IMG/VR virus record: IMGVR_UViG_2534681762_000014
Length of the DNA stretch: 35,657 nucleotides
Source: a virus
Lineage: Duplodnaviria; Heunggongvirae; Uroviricota; Caudoviricetes
Strand: one strand, 5' to 3'
Below, in pieces: positions 18,900-27,262 of the stretch. Numbering within the stretch: position 1 is the stretch's first letter; every line of letters begins with the position of its first letter. The notes under the pieces were generated by a model. That model was not told where the DNA came from. It saw only the letters and a list, made by a program, of their open reading frames with translations, and searched no databases. The translations under genes were made by a program, and so were the position numbers.

Positions 18900-19396
18900 T
18901 GCCGGTAATTAACACGCACCAGAATATCGCCGCCTTTCTCGACATGCTGGCCGTGTCCGAAGGGACGGCGAATCATCCGCTGACGAAAAACCGGGGCTAT
19001 GACGTGATAGTCACCGGACTGGACGGGAAGCCGGAAATTTTCACCGACTACAGTGACCACCCGTTCGCGCATGGCCGACCGGCGAAGGTGTTTAACCGTC
19101 GCGGTGAAAAATCCACGGCCTCCGGTCGCTATCAGCAGCTTTACCTGTTCTGGCCGCACTACCGCAAACAGCTTGCCCTGCCGGATTTCAGTCCGTTGCC
19201 ACAGGACAGACTTGCCATTCAGTTGATCCGCGAACGCGGTGCACTGGATGACATCCGGGCGGGACGCATTGAGCGCGCCATTTCACGCTGTCGCAATATC
19301 TGGGCGTCCCTGCCGGGTGCCGGTTACGGTCAGCGTGAGCATTCACTGGAAAAACTGGTCACCGTCTGGCGTACCGCTGGCGGCGTACCGGCTTAA
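18899..19396 (+). CDS. K: Endolysin (lysozyme-like)
   Basis: 165 aa; position and size of P2 gpK. Confidence 0.8.
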   Translation: MPVINTHQNIAAFLDMLAVSEGTANHPLTKNRGYDVIVTGLDGKPEIFTDYSDHPFAHGRPAKVFNRRGEKSTASGRYQQLYLFWPHYRKQLALPDFSPLPQDRLAIQLIRERGALDDIRAGRIERAISRCRNIWASLPGAGYGQREHSLEKLVTVWRTAGGVPA

Positions 19397-19410
19397 ACGG
19401 AGTAAACACC

Positions 19411-19836
19411 ATGAAGAAATTATCCCTTTCACTGATGCTGAACGTGTCGCTGGCGCTGATGCTGGCACTGTCCCTGATTTACCCGCAGAGCGTGGCCGTC
19501 AGTTTTGTCGCCACCTGGGCGATTCTGGCGACGGTTATCTGTGTGGTTGCCGGTGGTGTCGGCGTGTATGCCACGGAGTATGTGCTGGAACGCTACGGGC
19601 GGGAGCTGCCGCCGGAATCGCTGGCCGTGAAGATTGTCGCGTCGCTGTTTTTGCAGCCGGTGCCGTGGCGCAGACGGGCGGCGGCTCTGGTGGTGATGGT
19701 GACGACGTTTATCTCGCTGGTCGCTGCCGGGTGGATTTTTACCGCGCTGATTTATCTCGTGGCGTCGCTGTTCTTCCGGCTGATACGTACGGCCTGCCGT
19801 CAGCGTTTTGAGGGGCGGGAACCATGTCAAAGCTGA
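19411..19836 (+). CDS. lysA: Lysis regulatory membrane protein LysA
   Basis: 141 aa, multiple hydrophobic segments. Confidence 0.7.
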   Translation: MKKLSLSLMLNVSLALMLALSLIYPQSVAVSFVATWAILATVICVVAGGVGVYATEYVLERYGRELPPESLAVKIVASLFLQPVPWRRRAAALVVMVTTFISLVAAGWIFTALIYLVASLFFRLIRTACRQRFEGREPCQS

Positions 19837-20249
19837 TGACTGTGCTGGTCGTGTTGTTATCGCTGGCGGTGGCCGGTCTGTTTCTGGTGAAACACAAAAA
19901 TGCCAGCCTGCGCGCCTCGCTGGACAGGGCGAATAACGTCGCCAGTGAACAGCAGACGACCATCACCATGCTGAAAAATCAGCTTCATGTTGCCCTCACC
20001 AGAGCAGACAAAAACGAGCTGGCGCAGGTGGCACTGCGTCAGGAACTGGAGAACGCCGCGAAGCGTGAAGCACAGCGCGAGAAAACCATCACGAGGTTAC
20101 TTAATGAAAACGAGGATTTTCGCCGCTGGTACGGCGCTGACCTGCCTGATGCTGTGCGCCGGTTGCACCAGCGTCCGGCCTGCACCGACGCCAGTGATTG
20201 TCGCCAACGCCTGCCCGAAAGTGAGCCTTTGCCCGATGCCGGGCAGTGA
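19824..20249 (+). CDS. lysB: Rz-like spanin, inner-membrane component LysB
   Basis: 141 aa; N-terminal transmembrane segment then coiled-coil region. Confidence 0.7.
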   Translation: MSKLMTVLVVLLSLAVAGLFLVKHKNASLRASLDRANNVASEQQTTITMLKNQLHVALTRADKNELAQVALRQELENAAKREAQREKTITRLLNENEDFRRWYGADLPDAVRRLHQRPACTDASDCRQRLPESEPLPDAGQ

Positions 20250-20394
20250 CCCGCAGACGAACGGCGATTTAAGTGCCGATATCCGGCAGCTTGAGAACGC
20301 GCTGGCACGCTGTGCCAGCCAGGTAAAAATGATTAAACACTGTCAGGACGAAGACGATGCTCAAACCCGACAGCCTGCGCAGGGCACTGACTGA
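20104..20394 (+). CDS. lysC: Rz1-like spanin, outer-membrane lipoprotein LysC, partly embedded in lysB in another frame
   Basis: Signal peptide with lipobox (LMLCAGC) and a proline-rich mature part. Confidence 0.65.
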   Translation: MKTRIFAAGTALTCLMLCAGCTSVRPAPTPVIVANACPKVSLCPMPGSDPQTNGDLSADIRQLENALARCASQVKMIKHCQDEDDAQTRQPAQGTD

Positions 20395-20824
20395 TGCCGT
20401 CACGGTGCTGAAAACCAGCCCCGAGATGCTGCGGATATTCGTGGATAACGGGAGTATTGCCTCCACACTGGCGACGTCGCTGTCATTCGAAAAGCGTTAC
20501 ACGCTCAATGTGATTGTGACCGACTTTACCGGTGATTTTGACCTGCTCATTGTGCCGGTGCTGGCGTGGCTGCGGGAAAATCAGCCCGACATCATGACCA
20601 CCGACGAAGGCCAGAAAAAGGGCTTCACGTTTTATGCAGACATCAACAATGACAGCAGCTTTGATATCAGCATCAGCCTGATGCTGACCGAGCGCACGCT
20701 GGTCAGTGAGGTGGATGGCGCACTGCATGTGAAGAATATCCCGGAACCTCCGCCGCCGGAGCCGGTCACCCGCCCGGTGGAGCTTTATATCAATGGCGAA
20801 CTGGTGAGCAAGTGGGATGAATGA
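20357..20824 (+). CDS. R: Tail completion protein R
   Basis: 155 aa, P2 gpR size and position. Confidence 0.75.
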   Translation: MLKPDSLRRALTDAVTVLKTSPEMLRIFVDNGSIASTLATSLSFEKRYTLNVIVTDFTGDFDLLIVPVLAWLRENQPDIMTTDEGQKKGFTFYADINNDSSFDISISLMLTERTLVSEVDGALHVKNIPEPPPPEPVTRPVELYINGELVSKWDE

Positions 20825-21269
20825 GTTTAGGCGTTTTGAAGACCGGATGACCGGACTGATTGAGTCGCTGTCACCGTCAGGGCGTCGGCGACTGAGTGCC
20901 GAACTGGCGAAACGTCTGCGGCAGAGTCAGCAGCGTCGGGTGATGGCGCAGAAAGCCCCGGACGGCACACCCTACGCGCCACGTCAGCAGCAGAGCGTCA
21001 GAAAAAAGACCGGTCGTGTTAAGCGAAAAATGTTTGCGAAACTTATCGCCAGTCGTTTTTTGCATATCCGCGCCAGCCCGGAGCAGGCATCAATGGAATT
21101 TTACGGCGGGAAGTCGCCGAAAATCGCCAGTGTGCATCAGTTCGGTCTGTCGGAAGAAACCCGGAAAGACGGTAAGAAAATTGATTATCCGGCACGTCCT
21201 CTGCTCGGCTTTACCGGTGAGGATGTGCAGATGATTGAAGAGATTATCCTGGCTCACCTCGACCGTTAG
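20817..21269 (+). CDS. S: Tail completion protein S
   Basis: 150 aa, P2 gpS size and position. Confidence 0.75.
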   Translation: MNEFRRFEDRMTGLIESLSPSGRRRLSAELAKRLRQSQQRRVMAQKAPDGTPYAPRQQQSVRKKTGRVKRKMFAKLIASRFLHIRASPEQASMEFYGGKSPKIASVHQFGLSEETRKDGKKIDYPARPLLGFTGEDVQMIEEIILAHLDR

Positions 21270-21335
21270 TTGTGCCATTCCCGACACCTCATCGTCACAT
21301 TGCCGCCGGTATGACCCGGCGGCATCCTTCCCGTT

Positions 21336-21977
21336 ATGAACACTCTCGCAAATATTCAGGAACTCGCGCGCGCACTGCGCAACATGATCCGCACCGGCAT
21401 TATCGTCGAAACCGACCTTAACGCCGGTCGCTGCCGTGTGCAGACCGGCGGCATGTGCACCGACTGGCTTCAGTGGCTGACCCATCGTGCCGGGCGTTCG
21501 CGCACATGGTGGGCACCTTCCGTGGGGGAACAGGTGCTGATTCTGGCCGTGGGCGGTGAACTCGACACGGCATTCGTTCTGCCGGGGATTTATTCCGGCG
21601 ATAACCACGCGCCGTCTGCGTCGGCGGATGCCCTGCATATCCGTTTCCCTGACGGGGCGGTGATTGAGTATGAACCCGAAACCAGTGCACTCACGGTAAG
21701 CGGAATTAAAACGGCCAGCGTGACGGCTTCTGATTCTGTTACTGCCACGGTGCCGGTGGTCACGGTGAAAGCATCAACCCGCGTCACCCTGGACACACCG
21801 GAGGTGGTCTGCACCAACAAGCTGACTACTGGCACGCTGGAAGTGCAGAAGGGCGGGAAGATGCACGGCAACATCGAGCATACCGACGGGAAATTCACGT
21901 CTAACGGCGTTCAGGTGGATGACCACGGTCACGGTGGTGTTAAGTCAGGAGACAACTGGACACAGGGGACAAAATGA
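21336..21977 (+). CDS. V: Baseplate spike/assembly protein V
   Basis: 213 aa; histidine-rich C-terminal tip (HGHGG); P2 gpV. Confidence 0.8.
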   Translation: MNTLANIQELARALRNMIRTGIIVETDLNAGRCRVQTGGMCTDWLQWLTHRAGRSRTWWAPSVGEQVLILAVGGELDTAFVLPGIYSGDNHAPSASADALHIRFPDGAVIEYEPETSALTVSGIKTASVTASDSVTATVPVVTVKASTRVTLDTPEVVCTNKLTTGTLEVQKGGKMHGNIEHTDGKFTSNGVQVDDHGHGGVKSGDNWTQGTK

Positions 21978-22321
21978 CAGCGCGTTATCTCGGAATGAAT
22001 CGCAGTGATGGCCTGACTGTCACTGACCTTGAACATATCAGCCAGAGTATCGGCGATATCCTGCGCACGCCGGTCGGCTCACGGGTGATGCGTCGTGATT
22101 ACGGCTCGTTGCTGGCATCAATGATTGACCAGCCGCAGACCCCGGCGCTTGAGTTGCAGATTAAGGTCGCCTGTTACATGGCGGTGCTGAAATGGGAACC
22201 CCGCGTCACCCTGTCATCCGTCACCACGGCGCGCAGTTTTGACGGGCGAATGACGGTCACGTTAACCGGCCAGCACAACGACACCGGCCAGCCACTTTCG
22301 TTAACCATCCCTGTGAGTTGA
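21974..22321 (+). CDS. W: Baseplate protein W
   Basis: 115 aa; start overlaps the V stop. Confidence 0.8.
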   Translation: MTARYLGMNRSDGLTVTDLEHISQSIGDILRTPVGSRVMRRDYGSLLASMIDQPQTPALELQIKVACYMAVLKWEPRVTLSSVTTARSFDGRMTVTLTGQHNDTGQPLSLTIPVS

Positions 22322-22325
22322 AACC

Positions 22326-23234
22326 ATGCCGATTATCGACCTGAACCAGCTACCCGCACCGGATGTGGTCGAGGAGCTGGACTTTGAAACCATTCTCGCC
22401 GAACGCAAGGCGACACTGATTTCCCTTTACCCGGAAGACCAGCAGGAGGCGGTCGCCCGTACCCTGACGCTGGAATCCGAGCCTCTCGTCAAACTGCTGG
22501 AGGAAAATGCTTATCGTGAACTTATCTGGCGTCAGCGTGTGAATGAGGCCGCACGGGCGGTGATGCTGGCCTGTGCAGCCGGTAATGACCTTGATGTGAT
22601 TGGTGCCAATTACAACACCACACGCCTGATTATCACCCCGGCAGATGATTCGACCATCCCGCCGACACCGGCAGTGATGGAATCTGACACCGATTATCGT
22701 CTGCGTATTCAGCAGGCGTTTGAAGGTTTAAGCGTCGCCGGGTCAGTGGGAGCCTATCAGTATCATGGTCGCAGTGCTGACGGGCGTGTCGCCGATATTT
22801 CTGTCACCAGTCCGTCTCCTGCCTGTGTCACCATCTCTGTGCTGTCACGTGAAAATAACGGTGTGGCATCCGAAGACCTGCTGGCGGTGGTGCGTAACGC
22901 CCTTAATGGCGAGGATGTCAGGCCGGTGGCCGACCGCGTGACCGTACAGTCTGCCGCCATTGTTGAATACCAGATAAACGCCACGCTTTACCTTTACCCA
23001 GGCCCCGAAAGCGAACCCATCCGCGCTGCCGCCGTGAAAAAACTGGAAGCGTATATCACGGCACAACACCGGCTGGGGCGCGACATCCGTCTGTCTGCCA
23101 TTTATGCCGCTTTGCATGTGGAAGGTGTGCAGCGTGTCGAACTGGCTGCACCGCTGGCTGACATCGTGCTCAACAATACGCAGGCATCTTTCTGTATCGA
23201 ATACAGCGTCGTGACCGGAGGCTCGGATGAGTGA
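22326..23234 (+). CDS. J: Baseplate protein J
   Basis: 302 aa, P2 gpJ size and position. Confidence 0.8.
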   Translation: MPIIDLNQLPAPDVVEELDFETILAERKATLISLYPEDQQEAVARTLTLESEPLVKLLEENAYRELIWRQRVNEAARAVMLACAAGNDLDVIGANYNTTRLIITPADDSTIPPTPAVMESDTDYRLRIQQAFEGLSVAGSVGAYQYHGRSADGRVADISVTSPSPACVTISVLSRENNGVASEDLLAVVRNALNGEDVRPVADRVTVQSAAIVEYQINATLYLYPGPESEPIRAAAVKKLEAYITAQHRLGRDIRLSAIYAALHVEGVQRVELAAPLADIVLNNTQASFCIEYSVVTGGSDE

Positions 23235-23838
23235 TTCGCGACTGCTGCCGACTGGCTCATCACCGCTTGAAGTTGCCGCCGCAAAAGCCTGTGCGGAAAT
23301 TGAAAAAACGCCGGTCAGTATTCGTGAGCTGTGGAACCCGGACACCTGCCCGGCAAATCTGCTGCCGTGGCTGGCGTGGTCATTTTCGGTTGACCGCTGG
23401 GATGATAAGTGGCCGGAAGCGACAAAACGCGCAGTTATCCGCGATGCGTATTTCATTCACTGCCATAAGGGCACTATAGGCGCAATCCGGCGTGTGGTGG
23501 AGCCGCTCGGCTATCTGATTGAGGTGAGGGAGTGGTGGCAGCTCAACGAGGAGCCGGGGACGTTCCGTATCGTTGTTGGTGTGCTTGAGCAGGGTATTAC
23601 CGAAGAAATGTATCAGGAGCTGGAGCGTCTTGTTGCTGATGCAAAACCGGCAAGCCGCCATCTGACGGGACTGGCTATCAGCTTAAGTACAACCGGCAAC
23701 ATTTTTGCCGGTGCGGGATGCTATCACGGCGACGCCATGACGGTTTATCCCTACACCCCGGAAGCCATTATTGTCGGAGGGGATTATTTCCCGGCCTCGG
23801 CCATTCATTTAATTGATAACCTGAGAGTAAACGCATGA
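23227..23838 (+). CDS. I: Baseplate/tail-fibre attachment protein I
   Basis: 203 aa; overlapping stop/start with J and H. Confidence 0.75.
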   Translation: MSDSRLLPTGSSPLEVAAAKACAEIEKTPVSIRELWNPDTCPANLLPWLAWSFSVDRWDDKWPEATKRAVIRDAYFIHCHKGTIGAIRRVVEPLGYLIEVREWWQLNEEPGTFRIVVGVLEQGITEEMYQELERLVADAKPASRHLTGLAISLSTTGNIFAGAGCYHGDAMTVYPYTPEAIIVGGDYFPASAIHLIDNLRVNA

Positions 23839-25034
23839 CAGTGAAATACTACGCCATTCTGACTAATCAGGGCGCAGCACGGCTGGCTAACGCGACGATG
23901 CTCGGCAGTAAGCTGAATCTGACGCAAATGGCCGTTGGTGATGCGAATGGTGTCTTGCCGACACCAGACCCGGCACAGACAAAACTGATTAACCAGAAAC
24001 GCATCGCGCCGCTGAATCTTCTGAGTGTTGACCCGAACAACCAGAGCCAGATTATTGCGGAGCAAATCATCCCTGAGAACGAGGGCGGATTCTGGATCCG
24101 TGAGATTGGGCTTTATGATGATGAAGGCGTACTCATTGCGGTGGCGAACTGCCCGGAAACGTACAAACCGCAGTTGCAGGAAGGCAGTGGTCGTACCCAG
24201 ACTATCCGCATGATTCTGGTTGTCACGAATACCGAAGCTATCACGCTGAAAATCGACCCGTCGGTGGTACTGGCGACCCGTAAATACGTGGATGATGAAG
24301 TCCTGGAATTAAGGCTGTATGTGGATGACCAGATGAGAAACCACATTGCCGCACAGGATCCTCATACCCAGTATGCGCAGAAACATAATCCGACATTTAC
24401 CGGAGAACCAAAAGCGCCGACGCCTGCCGCAGGAAATAACACCACGCGGATTGCGACCACTGAGTTTGTTCAGGCCGCTATTACCGCTCTGATTAACGGT
24501 GCGCCTGACACGCTGGACACACTGAAAGAAATTGCCGCGGCCATTAACAATGACCCGAAATTCAGCACCACCATTAACAATGCGCTGTCAGGTAAGCAGC
24601 CACTGGATGAGACGCTGACTCATTTGAGTGGAAAGGATGTTGCTGGTCTTCTCGCATACCTTCAATTGAAATCGGCCGCACAACGGGATGTGGGCACTGG
24701 CGCAAATCAAATCCCGGATATGAACTCTTTTCATATCTCAACGTCACAAACAGGATGGTGCAAATTTCCAAATGGACTAATTTTGCAGTGGGGAGTGACG
24801 ACAACGATATCTGCGTCTGGTAGTGTTTCTTATCCAATACCATTCCCTGGTGGTTGTTTATTTGTGGGTAAAAATACTTATAGTCCAGTGGCTGCAACAA
24901 CCGCTGTGTTTGAAATTGTTAATCCGTCTATGACTGGTTTCACTGCTGCAAACATCGGCAGTCTTACGCAAGGGTCTTCCACTTTTAATGCACCAACACC
25001 GTCAGGAATGGCGTTTTTTGCAATTGGATATTAA
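23835..25034 (+). CDS. H: Tail fibre protein H (constant N-terminal part plus currently joined variable tip), 399 aa
   Basis: N-terminus (MTVKYYAILTNQGAARLANA) is the conserved P2 fibre start; the tip begins inside the inverted repeat at 24661. Confidence 0.8.
   Translation: MTVKYYAILTNQGAARLANATMLGSKLNLTQMAVGDANGVLPTPDPAQTKLINQKRIAPLNLLSVDPNNQSQIIAEQIIPENEGGFWIREIGLYDDEGVLIAVANCPETYKPQLQEGSGRTQTIRMILVVTNTEAITLKIDPSVVLATRKYVDDEVLELRLYVDDQMRNHIAAQDPHTQYAQKHNPTFTGEPKAPTPAAGNNTTRIATTEFVQAAITALINGAPDTLDTLKEIAAAINNDPKFSTTINNALSGKQPLDETLTHLSGKDVAGLLAYLQLKSAAQRDVGTGANQIPDMNSFHISTSQTGWCKFPNGLILQWGVTTTISASGSVSYPIPFPGGCLFVGKNTYSPVAATTAVFEIVNPSMTGFTAANIGSLTQGSSTFNAPTPSGMAFFAIGY
24661..24723. repeat. 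Left inverted repeat of the invertible tail-fibre segment, containing the candidate invertase crossover site
   Basis: About 63 bp with roughly 85 percent identity to the reverse complement of 27133-27195; begins with the 10-bp palindrome TTCAATTGAA exactly where homology starts. Confidence 0.65.
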
Positions 25035-25036
25035 TC

Positions 25037-25468
25037 ATGAGCTATGTATACAGCGCTAAAAAAAACGCTTTCTATCCCGTCGAGTTGCAGGACAACTATG
25101 AGGCATCAGGAACGTGGCCTGCCGATGGGATAGAAGTTGGAGTGGATGTATTTAATATTTTTTCTCAGCTACCACCAGAAGGTAAACAGAGAATTCCTGA
25201 TAGCAATGGAATGCCTGCCTGGGGCGATATTCCGCCGCCCACTCATGATGAATTAGTTGCTGCGGCAACTGCCGAGAAACAGCATCGCATTGATGCTGCG
25301 AATGCATTCATGAGCAGCAGGCAATGGCCGGGAAAGGCCGCGATGGGGCGTCTGAGCGCTGCGGACAAAGTTCAGTATAATTTATGGCTGGATTATCTTG
25401 ATGCGCTGGAGGCAGTGGATACTGCCATCGCGCCGGATATCAACTGGCCTGCTCGCCCGGCTGAGTAG
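25037..25468 (+). CDS. G: Tail fibre assembly chaperone (gpG/Tfa), expressed orientation
   Basis: 143 aa; conserved C-terminal block (SSRQWPGKAA...QYNLWLDYLDALE) shared with the inverted copy at 26402-26830. Confidence 0.8.
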   Translation: MSYVYSAKKNAFYPVELQDNYEASGTWPADGIEVGVDVFNIFSQLPPEGKQRIPDSNGMPAWGDIPPPTHDELVAAATAEKQHRIDAANAFMSSRQWPGKAAMGRLSAADKVQYNLWLDYLDALEAVDTAIAPDINWPARPAE

Positions 25469-25544
25469 GTCACTCGATATCGGGGCTATAGAGATATCAA
25501 TCGCCTCCATTGCAGGCGTTACCAGATTTTAGCCAAATAAATAT

Positions 25545-25568
25545 CCTCCGGCATAGCCGGAGGTTTTT
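25545..25568 (+). terminator. Rho-independent terminator after tfa
   Basis: 8-bp stem CCTCCGGC/GCCGGAGG, 3-nt loop, followed by TTTTT. Confidence 0.6.
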
Positions 25569-25574
25569 CAAATG

Positions 25575-26282
25575 CGCCTATAAGGCTCTCTTACCAGCCG
25601 CGCCCTAACAGGCGCACACGATCTGACATTTGCATCCAACTTCGTTACTTACGGCCCGTAAACGGGCTGCCCGGATAGGGAATCGATAACTGCTCTCCCA
25701 TTTTATCCTCTTCAAGCTGGTGCTTTATGTAATCCTGTATCTTCGCCGTGTTCTTACCCACCGTATCGACGTAATACCCTCTGCACCAGAACTCCCTGTT
25801 CCTGTATTTGAATTTCAAATCACCAAACTGCTCGTAAAGCATCAGACTGCTTTTCCCTTTCAGATATCCCATAAAGCCGGGTACGCTCATTTTGGGCGGG
25901 ATCTCCACAAGCATATGGATATGATCTGCACAGCATTCAGCTTCCAGAATCCGTACACTTTTCCACTCACACAGCTTTCTCAAAATACAGCCTATTGCTC
26001 TACGCTTCTCTCTGTAGAACACCTGTCTTCGGTATTTTGGCGCAAATACTATGTGATATTTACAGTTCCATCGGGTGTGCGCTAAGCTCTTTTCGTTCCC
26101 CATTGGGACCCCCTTTTGATTTCTTGTTTGACACTTGCAGTTGCCAGACCGCAAGGTGTTTTAACAAATCAAAAGGGGTTTTAATAACTGGCTCAAAGCT
26201 GAAAGCTTTCCGGAACCCCCAGCCTAGCTGGGGGTTTTCTGTGCACAAAAAAGCCCCTGCATTTCTGCAGGGGCCTGATATC
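25575..26282 (-). mobile_element. IS200 (IS200/IS605 family), about 0.7 kb; boundaries approximate within some tens of bp
   Basis: Encodes IS200 TnpA; left-end region has two strong hairpins (26216-26234 and 26253-26274), the outer one preceded by A6 on the plus strand (a terminator on the tnpA strand), as described for IS200; no terminal inverted repeats expected. Confidence 0.75.
25645..26106 (-). CDS. tnpA: IS200 transposase TnpA (Y1 HUH type), about 153 aa
   Basis: Translation recognised as IS200 TnpA (MGNEKSLAHTRWNCKYHIVFAPKYRR...HIHMLVEIP...), with HUH motif HIH. Confidence 0.85.
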   Translation of the reverse strand, partial: PMGNEKSLAHTRWNCKYHIVFAPKYRRQVFYREKRRAIGCILRKLCEWKSVRILEAECCADHIHMLVEIPPKMSVPGFMGYLKGKSSLMLYEQFGDLKFKYRNREFWCRGYYVDTVGKNTAKIQDYIKHQLEEDKMGEQLSIPYPGSPFTGRK

Positions 26283-26358
26283 TGGTGCTGGCTGAATGGA
26301 ATCGAACCATCGTCTTTCCGCGTACAATGCGAAAGCTCTACCACTGAGCTAAACCAGC
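26283..26358 (-). tRNA. tRNA-like sequence, possible tRNA-Thr (anticodon UGU) variant or pseudogene, with encoded CCA
   Basis: Reverse complement reads GCTGGTT-TA-GCTCAGTGGTAGAGC-T-TTCGC-ATTGTAC-GCGGA-AAGAC-GATGG-TTCGATT-CCATT-C-AGCCAGC-A-CCA: canonical D-arm and T-loop, 7-bp acceptor stem, anticodon loop centred on TGT, but one extra nucleotide between the T-stem and acceptor stem. Confidence 0.45.
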
Positions 26359-26401
26359 AATGGTGCAGAATAATACCCGGATTCTGATAAAATGCAATAG
26401 C

Positions 26402-26830
26402 TTATTGTGGCTGAACAGGCCATTCGATATCAGGTGCAGTTGAAATGCCGAGAGCTTCCAGCGCATCGAGATAATCCAGCCACAGGTTATACTGCGCCAG
26501 CTCATCCCCCTTCAGTCTGCCAATAGCCGCTTTGCCCGGCCACTGCCTGCTGCTCATGTAATCGTTGGCCTGGCTAATCAACGCCTGTTTTTTAACGTCA
26601 GCTGCTGCAATGAGTTCTTTGCGTGTAGGTGGGGGCATATCCACCCATACTGGCATTCCATCGTCTGCTCCCAGAGCTTTTCCAGGTGGTGGTGACCCTG
26701 TAAATGTACTGACTATATCATCGCTGATATCAATCATATCAGACATGTCCCATCCCGCCGATTCATAAGACGACAGCCAGGATTTCGGGAAAAAGTTCAC
26801 AGTCGTTGCAGACCATTTATATCCGTTCAT
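26402..26830 (-). CDS. Alternative tail fibre assembly chaperone (Tfa'), inverted orientation
   Basis: 142 aa; same conserved C-terminal block as the tfa at 25037-25468, divergent N-terminus; convergent with it. Confidence 0.75.
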   Translation of the reverse strand: MNGYKWSATTVNFFPKSWLSSYESAGWDMSDMIDISDDIVSTFTGSPPPGKALGADDGMPVWVDMPPPTRKELIAAADVKKQALISQANDYMSSRQWPGKAAIGRLKGDELAQYNLWLDYLDALEALGISTAPDIEWPVQPQ

Positions 26831-26834
26831 TTAT

Positions 26835-27195
26835 TTAGCTCCCGAACGCCAGCCAGAATATTGTCATTGTACTGGCTGTATTCGTTGTGTATATGCTGAA
26901 TCGCGACGTGCTATCTACATTGACGTTGAAACTGACAGGTCCGGTTCCATAGAGGCCGGGGTTAACCAGAGCAGGAATCACACAGGAGCAACGGTTAGGA
27001 AACGGAACAGGAAAAAACACAGCGTTACCTGATGAACCACCGGTGATGTTTGGTGCATTTCCCCCATCAATACCATGCCATTTGGAAACCGGTAATAAAA
27101 TGCCATGGTTGTCGAACCGCCCGTAAAACTGCTCATATCCGGTATCTGATTCGCACCAGTACCCACGTCTCGTTGCGCGGCCGATTTCAATTGAA
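26835..27195 (-). pseudogene. Alternative tail-fibre variable tip (Hv'), frameshifted
   Basis: Minus strand encodes LKSAAQRDVGTGANQIPDMSSF..., homologous to the H tip, then changes frame (two ORFs, 26978-27235 and 26835-27020); segment length is out of phase with the H frame. Confidence 0.6.
27133..27195. repeat. Right inverted repeat of the invertible tail-fibre segment
   Basis: Reverse complement matches 24661-24723; the TTCAATTGAA palindrome is at 27186-27195. Confidence 0.65.
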
Positions 27196-27262
27196 CGTTT
27201 AAGAAAATGCAGAGATAACGGCTAACTGGCATCATCTCCGGTTTTTATTCAGGGGATCCATC

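Noticed and set aside
19239-19811. 190-aa plus-strand ORF overlapping K and lysA in another frame
   Set aside because: Out-of-frame overlap with two well-placed lysis genes; no independent support.
21270-21335. Possible Ogr site TGT-N12-ACC upstream of V
   Set aside because: Imperfect match, and spacing to the V start leaves no room for a normal promoter; not reported as a feature.
21090-21638. 182-aa minus-strand ORF spanning the S-V junction
   Set aside because: Antisense to tail genes and crosses an intergenic region.
22845-23456. 203-aa minus-strand ORF overlapping J and I
   Set aside because: Antisense shadow ORF within baseplate genes.
27198-27262. Hix/gix-like AAACC..GGTTT crossover site between the right inverted repeat and the invertase start
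   Set aside because: No convincing match to remembered hix/gix consensus; the crossover is more likely within the TTCAATTGAA palindrome at the homology boundary, so no separate site was called.
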